From Eledone cirrhosa (taxonomy: Eukaryota), in assembly GCA_964016885.1 (NCBI GenBank), contig OZ024744.1:108438001-108502000 (forward strand): DNA of 64,000 bases, written 5' to 3'. The translations under genes and the position numbers were made by a program. The notes below the pieces were generated by a model, which was given only the letters and a program-made list of their open reading frames with translations, did no database searches and was not told the origin of the DNA. Below are positions 26,160 to 40,839 of the stretch, piece by piece. Position 1 is the stretch's first letter. Every line of letters starts with the position of its first letter.

Positions 26160-26430
26160 GCGTTGGCCCGGGAAAACATTCCCCCAATTTTGGAACCATC
26201 TGGGTTGTTCAGAATTGATGGGAAAAGACTTGACGGTCTTACTCTGTGCTCCTGGTCAAGAGGCAGGTGCCTTACCTGGGACGTCACAGTTAGAAACTCT
26301 TTTGCTTCTTCCCACATTCTGGATGCAGCGGTAAGGGCGAGAGCTACAGCATCCGCAGCTGAACAGAACAAAATCCTAAAATACCGTGTTCTGTTAGCTA
26401 ACTACATTATCCAGCCTATGTGGTCTTAGA
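26160..26430 (+). pseudogene. Restriction-like endonuclease fragment of CRE-type non-LTR retrotransposon
   Basis: EPSGLFRIDGKRLDGLTL..W..GRCLTWDVTV (RPD...D-x-T motif). Confidence 0.7.
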
Positions 26431-26491
26431 TGTGTGTATTACGTGCTTGTGTGTTTTTTCTGTTTCTTTTTTTCCTTTCCCTTTCCTTTGT

Positions 26492-26539
<48 letters not shown>

Positions 26540-26894
26540 AGTGTTTTCGTTCTGTAACCATTATATTAAATTTTTATACAAATGAGTGTTTAAAAAAAAA
26601 AGTGTTAAACTGTGTTGTTAATAAATAAATACAAAGTTGTACTTCATGTTACCCTCAAACGCTGCTATCATGACTGTATGTGTGTGTTTGTGTAAATGTA
26701 TATGTGTGAATGTATGTTTGTGCTTGTGTGAAAGTATGTGTATTTGTGTGAATGTATGTCCGTGAACATGCATTTTTTGTAAGTTTGTCTGTGATTGCGC
26801 GATTATAGTTATATACTCATACATATAGATGTATGTATGTACACATACACTCACGCGCACACATACGCATACGCGTCCTCTCCCTCTATCTCTT

Positions 26895-27011
<117 letters not shown>

Positions 27012-28099
27012 GTGTGTGTGTGTATATATATATGTGTGTCAGTTAATAACCCTATCTTCCCCTATCTCTCTCATCACACACTCTCTCTTTCTCTCTATAT
27101 ATATGGTAGTTGAAGTGGTGGTGGTGGCGGCGGCGATATACTGGAAGTGTAGAAGTTTGAAACTTTAAAAAGAAGTCAATTTTAAATAAGAAATAAAATT
27201 ATTTATATTTAATCAAGAGTTACGAAATTTAGTACATAAATTATGTAATAAGCATTCATCCAATTTACAAACGGGATAAACAAAATATATTTTGGCAGCA
27301 GTTCCGCACTCCTCTCTTTATTATAGTATAGATTTACAAATTCTAAAGCCTTGCTGTGAACGTTATCAAATGTTCTTGTCAGTGATTAAACTTTGTTGTA
27401 TCTGAATCCACCAAACTCCATGTAGTAAACATATGTAAACCACTTATTTGTAGATAACTTGATAATGGTGGAGCTGTAGTTTCAAATATATACACGTAAG
27501 TAAGTAAATGCTGTCAATATGGTTTCAAACTTTAGAAAATGCTGAAGTAAAATACTTGCTTCATATTTTGTTTTTACATCAAACTTATCTGAATTTTGTA
27601 TTATTGATAAGCATGTCAATAGATTTACAAAAGTACTGCCAGTGGCCTCATTAAAACGTTCAAATATAGTTGGTATTGCATTGGATTTTCCTGACCATCT
27701 GGTTTCACCAATTAGCTTTAATCGTTTCATTTTTTTCTTGTTCTAGATGTTTGCCAACAACTTCTATCCATACAGCCATTCTTTACAAAAGTTATTAAAT
27801 TCTGAAGCAAATTGGTACACAACATTTTATTGTTTCAGTTATCACTAAATTCAAGACATGGGCATAACACCATAAATGAACATGTTGATCTGCCACGTCA
27901 ACGATTTTACTTTGTAAACCATAATACTGCCCCTGGTAGCTTGCAGCACCATCTGTGTTATCAGATAAATATTTTTGGGGTGTCAATTTTAAAATGCTGT
28001 AGTGTCAATAGATCAAAAAGTCCGTCCTGTACAATCATTACTTGGCACAACTGAAAGTAGTTGTTCACAGATAACACCTTTAAGCACATACCAAATAAT

Positions 28100-28285
28100 A
28101 ATTATTTCTACTTTTGGCACAAGGCCAGCAATTTCCCAGTGTATTACTGGTACTTTATTTTATCGACCTCGTAAGGATGAAAGGCAAAGTTAACCTCGGC
28201 GGGATTTGAACTCATACCATAAAGGGCCGTAACTCTTTGCTGCAAAGCATGGCATCCGACCCTCTACCGATACTGCCAATCCACC
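28100..28285 (-). mobile_element. SINE family 1, full length
   Basis: Homology to 24883-25075; aataata flanking repeats. Confidence 0.85.
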
Positions 28286-28599
28286 CGAATAATAATGCTA
28301 ATCTGATCGATAGATGAATTATCTTGTGTTGAATCAACCTGAATAGAATAATATATTGCTTGAGAAACTTCATTACCAATTTTTTCTTGTATCATATTCT
28401 TCATAATTTGGATTAACACGTTAATGGTTGTTTTGCTCAAGTATGTAACAAGTCCACTACAGCCTTTACTTTGTGCCTTTCATTGTTGTTCTAATCATTT
28501 GATTCTTAGTCCAGAATTGTTTTGCACTGCAAATGGAGTCATATTTTGCCATCAACAGGACTGTAGCTAAAAAATCAACATGATTCAGAACCTCATTAT

Positions 28600-28886
<287 letters not shown>

Positions 28887-29038
28887 GTTTTTATCTATAT
28901 ACATATCTATGTGTATGTGTGTGGTGTCTGGTTTTATAGCTTGTTGTGTTTGGGGCTAAGTACTGGGAATACTAACAGGAGACAGTCTTCTTGTGTGTGT
29001 AGCTGTATATATATAAACCTATACACACACAGAGACAC

Positions 29039-29107
<69 letters not shown>

Positions 29108-29584
29108 CATATGTGTGTGGGTGTATCAAATGTAAGTGTAAAAAACCAATCAAGAGAGAGAGATAAGAGATTGGTTGTGAGAATTATAAGCCAAGTAGTA
29201 GAGAGGACAGTGTTCTCAATACGTATAAAATGCAAGACAAGCGAACAGTGAAAGCAAGCGAGAGAAATATAATCCAAGCAATAAATATATAGGCAGAGCG
29301 TTAATATAAAAATTATAGTGGGAGGATAAACAATCAAATTCTTGGTTTACAATTGTTTCAAAGGCCTATCGATTCAAACATTGATAGATTTTGTTTTTAT
29401 GGTTCGAATTATGATTTGGCCTTTGAAATAATTGTAAACCAATAAATATTTTTTCAAGAATTTCGTTGTTTATTCTCCCACTATAATATATATATATAAA
29501 AAATATATAAATATATATATATATATATGTAAAAGTTCTATTTAAATTGTTGGGATACAACAAGCAAATATTTTTATAACTGAT

Positions 29585-29846
29585 ATAAAGCACTCAACAA
29601 ATATTTGGAGTAAAAATACGATATATTAACAAATGGAAACTATATTTATAAAACCATATTTATTTCATTATACATATTTCAAGAACACCAAGTTAAATTA
29701 TGGTGTTCTTTCATCAGATAAAATATAACATAGATCAGTTTTATAAATAAATATTGACATACCCTTAAAGAATGCAACTATTACTGTTGGAAGCTCCCGG
29801 GAGCTTCCAACAGCAATGGTTGCATTATTTAAGGGTATGTCAATAT
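29585..29846 (-). mobile_element. Family D mini-element with hammerhead 29662-29724 and 96-bp palindrome 29751-29846
   Basis: Reverse complement: attttat-CTGATGA-aagaacacca/tggtgttctt-GAAA-tatgta-TA-atgaaat; homologous to 7278-7490. Confidence 0.8.
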
Positions 29847-29911
29847 AATAAACGTCCGCTAAACTGATACGTACATATATATATGTGTACCTGTATGTAT
29901 ATATGTATGTA

Positions 29912-29995
<84 letters not shown>

Positions 29996-30427
29996 TGCTA
30001 CTGTACGTCTGTATACATATGTGTATGTACGTATACATACATACTTACATTTAAGTAAGTGCCGTACTAAGAGTGAGAAATGAAATTTCGTTTCATTATA
30101 TTACAACTTATCGTTTTCGGTACGCCTGGCCGACTGAACTCACTCGATATGCAAATTAGGCTGCTCAGCCGTTAATTTTCATAAGGAAAGTATATACTTT
30201 CGAACGTTCAACTATCTGGCAGAAGGGTAAACGGTGCTGATGATAGCTAAGAAGCTTGAAACTAGTACATCGTTCCTGTGTCATTGTTGAACAGAAAGGT
30301 GACGTGGTTGCCTTAACACCGTACGGCATAAATCAGGCTGTCCGCTTGTTTACAAACGGACAAAGCGGGCGTTATAATAAACGTCCGCTAAACTGATACG
30401 TACATATATATATGTGTACCTGTGTGC

Positions 30428-30496
<69 letters not shown>

Positions 30497-30545
30497 TGCT
30501 ACTGTACGTCTGTATACATATGTGTATGTACCTATACATACATAT
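29846..30545 (+). mobile_element. Family G terminally redundant element, hammerhead 30231-30273
   Basis: acggtg-CTGATGA-tagct aaga agctt-GAAA-ctag-TA-catcgt; 29846-30045 repeated at 30375-30545. Confidence 0.8.
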
Positions 30546-30559
30546 ATATATATATATAT

Positions 30560-31115
30560 ATTTCGTATCTCCAAAGAAATACGGTTTTAGGAAGCCGTAG
30601 CTATGCAAACACCGGGGGGCTAACGCCCTCTGGTGATGTCCAGCAGAAGCAAGGGGGACAACCGTCTATGCATTTCAGGCTTAACTGGCCTTCGTCAGGA
30701 CGGTCCCTCCCACCGCTTGCGACTGCAGGACTAGAAGACAGGCGAGAATATATACTTTTCTCGTCTGTGTAAATGAGGTGATTAATCTCATTTGCATATG
30801 AAGCTGCATAAGTTGGCTCAACTTATAATAAAACAGAAATAGGATTTCGCTTCAAGCATAGCTTTATATTCTCGCCTGTCTTCTAGTCCTGCAGTCGCAA
30901 GCGGTAGGAGGGGCCGTCTTGACGATGGCCAGTTAAGCCAGAAATGCATAGACGGTTGTCCCCCTTGCTTCTGCTGGACATCACCAGAGGGCGTTAGCCC
31001 CTCCCTCTTTGTTTGCATAGCTACGGCTTCCTTAAACCGAATTTCTTTGGAGATACGAAATATTTATACATATTGTATAAAGCTATGCTTGAAGCGAAAC
31101 CCTATTTCTTTTATA
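30560..31115. mobile_element. Inverted pair of family H elements, hammerheads 30661-30704 (-) and 30913-30956 (+)
   Basis: accgtc-CTGACGA-aggc/gcct-GAAA-tgca-TA-gacggt and gccgtc-TTGACGA-tggc/gcca-GAAA-tgca-TA-gacggt. Confidence 0.85.
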
Positions 31116-31164
31116 TATATATATTGGGGAGGGTCATATTGTTGTAATAATATTGCCAGAAATA

Positions 31165-31335
31165 ATTATTTCTACTTTTGGCACAAGGCCAGCAATTACC
31201 CAGTGCATTACTGGTACTTTATTTTATCGACCCCGGTAAGGATAAATGGTAAAGTTAACTCAGACCATAGAGGGCCGTAACTCTTTGCTGCAAAACATGG
31301 CGTCCGACCCTCTACCGATACTGCCAATCCACCGT
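31165..31335 (-). mobile_element. SINE family 1 (B-box region deleted), TSD agaaataat
   Basis: Homology to other copies; flanking direct repeat. Confidence 0.8.
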
Positions 31336-31850
31336 CCTAGAAATAATAACAGAACACACTCACTGTTTGGTTGGTTTACGCTTCTGTATCTTTTATATCT
31401 CCATAGTTAATTTATTTGGCCATCAATGTTTATCATTGACTAACCAACGGTCAAAAATACAGATATAAATACATATATATAGTCTAACAAAGTTCTTTCG
31501 CTGCACATCTGCAACCTCATCAGTGGTACTATTATCATGTTTCCCCTGCTGTATTGTAGGTATTGTAGTGTCTACGCCATTATATATATATATATATATA
31601 TATAATATACTTACACATATATGTATGTGTGTGTGAGTGTGTGCGTGCGAGCGTATATATGTATGCATGAATGAACATTACAGTCAGCTATAAATTTAGT
31701 ACCACCACTGATGCTAATTTTGGTTTCTATTAATTTCCTAGAGGATTATTGGACCAAATGCTTGGCTTAATTATTTTATTTGATTTTTGTTTTTGTTTTT
31801 TGTTTTATTCTTTCCTTAAGACATCAGATGTTTTTTTAAAGCAAAGCCTT

Positions 31851-33952
31851 GGCCCTGAAATACTATGGTGGGCTCCTGAAATACTACGGTGGGGCCCTGA
31901 AATACTACCGTGGGGCTCCTGAAATACTATGGTGAGCTCCTGAAATACTACGGTGGGCTCCTGAAATACTACGGTGGGGTCCTGAAATACTACGGTGGGG
32001 CCCTGAAATACTACGGTGGGGCCCTGAAATACTATGGTGGGGCTCCTGAAATACTATGGTGGGGCTCCTGAAATACTACGGTGGGGCCCTGAAATACTAC
32101 GGTGGGTTCCTGAAATACTACGGTGGGGCCTGAAATACTACGGTGGGGCCCTGAAATACTATGGTGGGCTCCTGAAATACTACGGTGGGGCTCCTGAAAT
32201 ACTACGGTGGGGCTCCTGAAATACTACGGTGGGGCCCTGAAATACTACGGTGGGCTCCTGAAATACTACGGTGGGCTCCTGAAATACTACGGTGGGCTCC
32301 TGAAATACTACGGTGGGGCTCCTGAAATACTATGGTGGGCTCCTGAAATACTACGGTGGGCTCCTGAAATACTACGGTGGGCTCCTGAAATACTACGGTG
32401 GGCTCCTGAAATACTACGGTGGGGCTCCTGAAATACTATGGTGGGCTCCTGAAATACTACGGTGGGCTCCTGAAATACTACGGTGGGGCTCCTGAAATAC
32501 TATGGTGGGCTCCTGAAATACTACGGTGGGCTCCTGAAATACTATGGTGGGCTCCTGAAATACTACGGTGGGCTCCTGAAATACTACGGTGGGGCCCTGA
32601 AATACTACGGTGGGGCCCTGAAATACTACGGTGGGGCTCCTGAAATACTACGGTGGGGCTCCTGAAATACTACGGTGGGGATCCTGAAATACTACCGTGG
32701 GGCTCCTGAAATACTACGGTGGGGCCCTGAAATACTACGGTGGGCTCCTGAAATACTACGGTGGGCTCCTGAAATACTACGGTGGGCTCCTGAAATACTA
32801 CGGTGGGGCTCCTGAAATACTATGGTAGGCTCCTGAAATACTACGGTGGGCTCCTGAAATACTACGGTGGGCTCCTGAAATACTACGGTGGGGCCCTGAA
32901 ATACTACGGTGGGGCCCTGAAATACTACGGTGGGGCTCCTGAAATACTACGGTGGGGCTCCTGAAATACTACGGTGGGGATCCTGAAATACTACCGTGGG
33001 GCTCCTGAAATACTATGGTGGGCTCCTGAAATACTACGGTGGGGTCCTGAAATACTACGGTGGGGCTCCTGAAATACTAAGGTGGGCTCCTGAAATACTA
33101 CCGTGGGGCTCCTGAAATACTACGGTGGGGCCCTGAAATACTACGGTGGGGCCCTGAAATACTATGGTGGGATCCTGAAATACTAAGGTGGGCTCCTGAA
33201 ATACTACGGTGGGCTCCTGAAATACTACGGTGGGGCTCCTGAAATACTACGGTGGGGCCCTGAAATACTACGGTGGGCTCCTGAAATACTACGGTGGGGC
33301 TCCTGAAATACTACGGTGGGGCCCTGAAATACTACGGTGGGCTCCTGAAATACTACGGTGGGCTCCTGAAATACTACGGTGGGATCCTGAAATACTACGG
33401 TGGGATCCTGAAATACTACGGTGGGGTCCTGAAATACTACGGTGGGGCCCTGAAATACTACGGTGGGGCCCTGAAATACTAAGGTGGGCTCCTGAAATAC
33501 TACGGTGGGGCCCTGAAATACTAAGGTGGGCTCCTGAAATACTACGGTGGGGCTCCTGAAATACTACCGTGGGCTCCTGAAATACTAAGGTGGGCTCCTG
33601 AAATACTACGGTGGGGCCCTGAAATACTACCGTGGGCTCCTGAAATACTACGGTGGGATCCTGAAATACTACGGTGGGGCCCTGAAATACTACGGTGGGG
33701 CCCTGAAATACTACGGTGGGGCCCTGAAATACTATGGTGGGGCCCTGAAATATTATCGTGGGGCCCTAAAATACTACGGTGGGCTTCTGAAATACTACGG
33801 TGGGCTCCTGAAATACTACGGTGGGGCCCTGAAATACTACGGTGGGCTCCTGAAATACTACGGTGGGCTCCTGAAATACTATGGTGGGCTCCTGAAATAC
33901 TACGGTGGGCTCCTGAAATACTATGGTGGGTTCCTGAAATACTACCGTGGGT
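31851..33952 (+). repeat. Satellite of 21-22-bp units CCTGAAATACTACGGTGGG(G)CT, roughly 95-100 copies
   Basis: Direct; abuts hAT-like TIR. Confidence 0.97.
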
Positions 33953-34009
33953 CCCCCGGAGGCCCACTTGCCATCGAGCAACCTGGCAACGTAGCCAGGT
34001 CCGCCACTG
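33953..34009 (-). mobile_element. Probable hAT terminal inverted repeat (5'-CAGTGGCGGACCTGGC)
   Basis: CAGTGGCGG start is common in hAT TIRs; lies upstream of the minus-strand hAT transposase remnants. Confidence 0.55.
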
Positions 34010-34469
34010 CACATACAGAGGTACAAACCTACATATACATAGATGCATACATACCCACACAAGCCCATATACACCGATATGCATAAAACCACGTGACTAC
34101 AACTGTTTATGAAAGTTTTAATGGGTGGAGGAGTGTAAAGTGAGTGATGGCAAGCTAAAGTAGGATTCTTTGCCCGTTCGCTTGATGTGCTAAAGACAAC
34201 GGCTATATTTCCTTAAATTAAACCCCACCACAAGTAAGGTAACCCTTCGTAACCCTACAAGACGACTAACACACCTTTAATCAACGCTGAATGAAATGAT
34301 ATGAACTATAATAAAATATGAAAGAAGAAACAAGTGAAATCATCATGATAGAACGAAATAAAGGCCGGGTTAGAGAGAAGCGGATGAAATTGACCCTGGT
34401 CACCTCGAGGTGAATGTAGGATTACATGTATGATAGAAATATGCAGATCATTCCTTGGTAGCATCCTAT

Positions 34470-34721
34470 GAAGGCTTAGTACTTAGGGTGTTCTGCTCAA
34501 GATCGTATGGTCGTGATTTCGATTCCCTGTGGCACGTTGCATCCTTGAGCAAGGCACTTTATTTCAAGTTGTTCCAGTTTATTCAGCTGGCAATAATGAG
34601 TTGTAGCTGTAATTGAAAGAAAAAGTGGGCCTTAAATCTATTAAATCTGTTAAGCTGAATCTCCCTGAGAAGTAGATTAAAGGTACACGTGTCTGTGGAA
34701 TACTCAGCTGCTTACACTATA
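34470..34721 (+). mobile_element. SINE family 2 (diverged), target of nested SINE 1
   Basis: gatttcgattccc...atccttgagcaaggcactttatttcaag. Confidence 0.65.
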
Positions 34722-34908
34722 ATTGTTTCTACTTTAGGCACAAGGCCAGCAATTACCCAGTACATTACTGGTACTTTATTTTATCGACCCCGTAAGGATG
34801 AAAGGCAAAGTCAACCTCGGCGGGATTTGAACTCAGATCGTAAAGGGATGTAACTATGCTGGAAAGCATGGCGTCCGACCCTCTACCGATACTGCCAATC
34901 CACCGCCC
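34722..34908 (-). mobile_element. SINE family 1, full length, with 23-bp TSD
   Basis: tactcagctgcttacactataat at 34701-34723 and 34910-34932. Confidence 0.9.
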
Positions 34909-35338
34909 TTACTCAGCTGCTTACACTATAATACAAGATGGACAGTACTTGTAACTCAAAGAAAAGTTGGGTTAAACTTCCCCCAAATTGTGTAATATCG
35001 AATCTCCACGAGAACAACGTTAAGGACACACATATCTGTGGAAAGAGAATTCTCAGCCATTTGCATTGTTCGAACAAATGGAACATTCTCCATCTGAAAT
35101 TATGAAAGTCCACCACACGCACACACTTTCTCACACACTCATAAACACACATACATGTACGTTCATACTATAAGGTTACAGCCTGTTTTTCTCTTCATAC
35201 GACTGTCATTTGCAGAATTGACCTAAATACAAAATAAACATTTTCATGTTTTTATCTAGGATAACGTTTGTTGCAATTACAGTTTTAATAATGATGTAAT
35301 ATAATGCCTATTGCTAAGTGACCCATCGCAGACGATAA

Positions 35339-35390
<52 letters not shown>

Positions 35391-35525
35391 CTGTATATAT
35401 ACGTATCAGATGATGTTGATGTCACAAAGCTGTCTGTGCATACACACACACACACATATCTATATATGTGTATGTGTGTGTGTGTGTGTATGTGTGTGTA
35501 TATATATATATGCATATATATATAA

Positions 35526-35572
<47 letters not shown>

Positions 35573-35979
35573 TATACACACACACACACATATCTATATA
35601 TGTGTATGTGTGTGCGTGCGTGTATGTGTGTGTGTATATATATATATATATGCATATATATATATATATATGTGTGTGTGTGTATGTGTGTATATATACA
35701 CACACACATATATATATATACGTATGTATATATGTATATATATATATATATATATAATATAAATCATTAAAGGTTAATTAGTCTCTAATACTTGGACATC
35801 TAAATGAATGGAGAAGTAATATTACATATTAAACTTAAGTGAGATAAACTCTATTTTGGGGAGTATAAGTCAGCAAGTCAAAATTAATATACATGTGAAC
35901 GTGTGTCCAATGGCGGTGCCCCATCATGGCCACAGTCTGTCGACTGGAACATGTGAAAGAGTCGTAGAATTATATATAT

Positions 35980-36120
35980 GAGTCCAGAATTAGCCGTCGA
36001 AACGGCTTGAGCTCAGCCGTCGGGGTCTTACTGGTTCCTATTACCCACTCTACTACCCTAAGCATTGAGTACTTTGGTGCGTTATGGTCCACCTGGTTCC
36101 TTACCACATTTCCTTCGTTA
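35980..36120 (+). mobile_element. Single family I copy between TA tracts
   Basis: gagtccagaattagccgtcgaaacggc...ccttcgtTA(n). Confidence 0.8.
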
Positions 36121-36473
36121 TATATATATATATATATATAAAATATTTAAAAAATAATGAATAAAACAATGAAACAGTTCCTTATATTAAACAAAAAAAG
36201 TGTATGTTTATGTGTATATGCGTGTGTGTGTATGAATGTATGTATATGTGTGTATATATGAGTGTATATATGTATGTATAAGTATGTGTATTTTGTCTGT
36301 GGATTATAAACATACAGAGACATTAGCCCTGAATTTTTGTATTTACATACATTTTTTCGACATGCGCATACATGTGAACATACATTTTTATGCATATCTG
36401 TGAACGAAGTTACTTACATATTTACACACACCTAACTGTATTTTCTTGATATATTTTTATGTATTTCATTGGT

Positions 36474-36955
36474 CTATTTAAAATCTGTTCCCAAACAGAC
36501 CTGTAATTTTGAATTGTTGTTATTATCAATAAATATACTTCGGGGTCGATAAAATAAAGTACCAGTAATACACTGGGTAATTGCTGGTCTTGTGCCTAAC
36601 GTAGAAACAATTATTTCTGAAGACGGCATATGTATGTGTTGGTATGTATATTCTATTTGATAGTTTGTATAATTTTGTATAATTTTGTACATAGATCTTT
36701 TGAATATGCATGCCAATTCTAACACATATATGTCCTAGAAACGATCGTTAAATAATGAACTTTTTTTTGTTTAATATAAGGAACTGTTTCATTGTTTTAT
36801 TCATTATTTTTTTAATATTTTATCTTGACTCTGTATTCCGTTTATCTTTCACCGAAAGTGATTTTTGAATGCATCTCTTCTTTCCATGATATCCGGATTA
36901 CATTGAGTTCTTCATACGGATTGGACACTACCGTAAACTTTTGGTAGATTTATCT

Positions 36956-36960
<5 letters not shown>
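36474..36960 (+). mobile_element. Solo PLE pLTR (family A) with hammerhead 36610-36756; SINE 1 fragment at 36541-36612
   Basis: Homologous to 2210-2616; attattt-CTGAAGA...GAAA-cgatcg-TT-aaataat; ends in (TA)n. Confidence 0.8.
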
Positions 36961-37006
<46 letters not shown>

Positions 37007-37010
<4 letters not shown>

Positions 37011-37452
37011 AGTTAATATAAATTAATATATGATAAACACTAATATAAACATATAAGCGTTTGTATTGTAAATGACCAAGTTAGCTAGATTGAAAAATAC
37101 TAATTAGATTAATACAGTTTGCCTGTCTCGATTTAAAATTCTGGATACCTGCCGATGACCACAGGAATTGGAATTTTTCACTTTTTTAAATTATCGTTGC
37201 GAAACTTATTTGGGTTTTGAAATTTAAATTTGTCTGCGGAATAGGTTTGGATTTTGAAATTTAAATTTGTCCAGGTATCATGGCTATTGCCAATATGGGT
37301 TTGTTTTTATTGATCTATTATTTTAAATCGAGACAGGCAAACTGTATTAATCTAATTAGTATTTTTCAATCTAGCTAACTTGGTCATTTACAGTACAAAC
37401 GCTTATATGTTTATATTAGTGTTTATCATATATTAATTTATATTAACTTGTA
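37007..37452. repeat. 133-bp inverted repeat (180-bp spacer) in a TA-flanked insert
   Basis: Arms 37007-37139 and 37320-37452, one mismatch seen. Confidence 0.85.
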
Positions 37453-37529
37453 TTTCACGGGTCAGAAATGCTTCTTTCTTTGAGCTAATTAATTGTAAAA
37501 GACTGTTTGAGTTTATAACTCTAAATATA

Positions 37530-37668
<139 letters not shown>

Positions 37669-37748
37669 TAGCGAGAATCGTATTTCGGCTTTCATTTTTT
37701 ACATATATATATATATATGTTGTTTTTTCCATTGATTTTGTCCTATTT

Positions 37749-37842
<94 letters not shown>

Positions 37843-37894
37843 TGTATATATACAAAATAGGACAAAAGCAATGGAAAAAACAACGTATATATAT

Positions 37895-38418
37895 GGAAAA
37901 AATGAAATTTCATTTCTCACTCTTAGTACGGCTGATACTTAAATATAAGTATGTATACTTACATATATGTATTCAGACGTACAGTAGTGTGTAAATACAT
38001 ACATACATGCATGCACACATATATATATATATATATGTACGTATGGGTTTACCGAACATTTATTATAATGCTCGGTTTCTTTGTAAACAAACAGCCCGAG
38101 TTAAGCCGTACAGTGTTCGGCAGCCATCGTTGCCATTTTGTTCAACACTGACAAAGGAACGATGAACTAGTTTCTAGCTTATTAGCTGTCAACAGCACCG
38201 TATGCCTTCCTGTCAGTTGATTGAACGTTTGAAAGTATATACTTTCCTTATGCATATTAACGGCTGAGCAGCCTAATTTGCATATCGAGTGAGTTAGTCG
38301 GCCGGGTGTACCGAAAACGATAAAGGGGAAAAATGAAATTTCATTTCTCACTCTTAGTATGGCTGATACTTAAATATAAGTATGTATACATACATACAAA
38401 TATGTATACAGACGTACA
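37895..38418 (-). mobile_element. Family G terminally redundant element, hammerhead 38159-38201 (core CTGTTGA, likely impaired)
   Basis: Reverse complement of 15875-16405; terminal repeat 37895-37985 / 38327-38418. Confidence 0.8.
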
Positions 38419-40596
38419 GAGGTAAGACACTCTCAGAAAAGCTGGATAACATAAGGTCTTCAGAGAAGAAAATCTCAGGGGAGCTGGACAGCAGAAAGTC
38501 TTCAGAGAAGAAACGCTCAAGAGAGCTGGACAACAGAAAGTCTTCAAAGAAGAACCTCTCAGGAGAGCTGGACAGCAGTAGGTCTTAAGGTAAGAAACTC
38601 TCAGGAGAGCTGGGCAGCAGCAGGTCTTCAGAGAAGAAACTATCAGGAGAGCTGGACAGCAGGTCTTCAGAGAAGAAACACTCAGGAGAGCTGGACAGCG
38701 GAAGGTCTTCAGGTAAGAAACTCTCAGGAGAGTTGGGCAGCAGCATGTCTTCAGAGAAGAAACTATCAGGAGAGCTGGACATCAGGTCTTCAGAGAAGAA
38801 ACACTCAGGAGAGGTGGACAGCGGAAGGTCTTCAGATAAGAAACTCTCAAGAGAGCTGGACAACAGAAGGCTTTCAGGGAAGAAGCTCCCAGGAGAGCTG
38901 AGCAGCAGAAGGTGTTCAGAGAAGAAACTCTGGGGAGAGCTGGACGGCAGAAGGTCGTCAGGGAAGTAACACTGGGGAGAGCTGGACAGCAGAAGGTCTT
39001 CAGAGAAGAAATTTCAGGAGAGTTGGTCAGCGGAAGGTCTTCCGGTAAGAAACTCTCAGGAGAGCTGGACAGCAGAAGGTCTTCAGGTAAGAAACTCTCA
39101 GGAGAGCGGGACAGCAGCAGGTCTTCAGGGAACAAACTCTCAAGAGACCTGGACAACAGAAGGTCTTCATGAAAGAGGCTCTCAGGAGAGCTGGGCAGCA
39201 GAAGGTCTTCAGAGAAGAAACTCTGGGGAGAGCTGGACAGCAGAAGGTCTTCCGAGGTAAGAAACTGTCAGGAGAACTGGACAGCCCAATGTCTTCAGAG
39301 AAAAAACTGTCAGGAGAGCTGGACAGCAGAAGGTCTTCAAAAATGATACTCTCAGGAGAGCTGGACATCAGCAGGTCTTCAGGTACGAAAGTGTCAGGAG
39401 AGCTGGACAACCGAAGGTCTTCAGGTAAGAAACTCTGAGGAGAGCTGGGCAGCAGCATGTCTTCAGAGAGGAAACTCTGGGGAGAGCTGGATAGCAGAAG
39501 TTCTTCAGAGAAGAAACTCTCAGGAGAGCTGGACAGCAGGTCTTCAGAGAAGAAACTGTGGGAGGGCTGGATAGCAAAAGGTCTTCAAAGAAGAAGCTGT
39601 CAGGAGAGCTGGACAACAGAAGGTCTTCAGAAAAGGGAGTTGGACAACAGGAAGTCTTCAGAGGTAAGAAACTCTCAGGAGAGCTGGACAGCAGAAGGTC
39701 TTCAGGTAAGAAACTCTCAGGAGAGCTGGACAACAGAAGGTCTTCAGGGAAGAAGCTCTTAGGAGAGCTGGGCAGCAGAAGGTCTTCAGAGAAGAACCTC
39801 AGGGGAGAGCTGGGCAGCAGAAGGTCTTCAGAGGTAAGAAACTCGAAGAGGTGCTGGACAGCAGAAGGTTGTCAGGGAAGAAACTCTGGGGAGAGCTGGA
39901 CAGCAGAAGGTCTTCAGAGAAGAAACCCTGGGGAGAACTGGACAGCAGAAGGTCTTCAGAGAAGAAACCCTGGGGGAGAGCTGGACAGCAGAAGGTCTTC
40001 AGCGGTAAGAACCTCTCAGGGGAGCTGGACAGCAGAAGGTCTTCAGAGAAGTAACTCTGTGGAGAGTTGGACAGCAGAAGGTCTTCAGGGTAGAAACTCT
40101 CAGGAGAGCTGGAAAACAGAAGGTCTTCAGGGAAGAAGCTCTTAGGAGAGCTGGGCAGTAGAATGTCTTCAGAGAAGAAATTCTCAGGAGAGCTGGACAG
40201 CGGAAGGTCTTCAGGTAAGAAACTGTCAGGAGAGCTGGGCAGTAGCAGGTCTTCAGAGAAGAAGGTCTTCAGGGAACACACTCTCAAGAGAGCCGGACAG
40301 CAGAAGGTCTTCACAGGCAGGAAACTCTAAGGAGAGCTGGACAGCATAAGGTCTTCAGAGGTAAGAAACTCTCGGGAGAGGTGACCAGCAGAAGGTCTTC
40401 AGAGAAGAAACTCTCAGGTGAGCTGGACAGCAGCAGGTCTTCAAGGAAGAAACTGTCAGGAGAGCTGGACAACAGAAAGTCTTCTGAGGTAAGAAACTGT
40501 CAGGCGAGTTGGACATCAGAAAGTCTTCAGAGGTAAGAAACTCTCCGGAGAGCTGGGCAGCAGAAGGTCTTCAGAGAAGAAACTGTGAGGAGAGCT
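38418..40596 (+). repeat. Satellite of about 41-43-bp units (CTCTCAGGAGAGCTGGACAGCAGAAGGTCTTCAGAGAAGAAA), about 50 copies
   Basis: Direct; frameshifting indels between units. Confidence 0.95.
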
Positions 40597-40803
40597 TCGT
40601 CAAAATCATCTGAAATATACCTGTCCAAACTGACATCAAAATAAACCATCCTGGCATAATGACCTACTTTGTCTCCAGCAAATACAAACATAGATACCTC
40701 TATTATGAATCACACTATATTAGTGATATCTTCTTGTATTTTCATTGAAGTACATATATACGTATTTATTTACTCATATACGTTTATTTAATTATATGTA
40801 TAC

Positions 40804-40839
<36 letters not shown>

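Noticed and set aside
31851-33952. Regular short repeats suggestive of CRISPR or a Gly/Tyr-rich structural protein (LKYYGG)
   Set aside because: No unique spacers, no cas genes, eukaryotic context; 21/22-bp length variation breaks the frame constantly
37148-37215. CCGATGA...GAAAC inside the inverted-repeat spacer
   Set aside because: Core mutated and stems unconvincing
38418-40596. Possible tandem hammerheads or repetitive protein in the 42-bp satellite
   Set aside because: CTGAAGA and GAAA lie on opposite strands; frequent indels and stops interrupt ORFs
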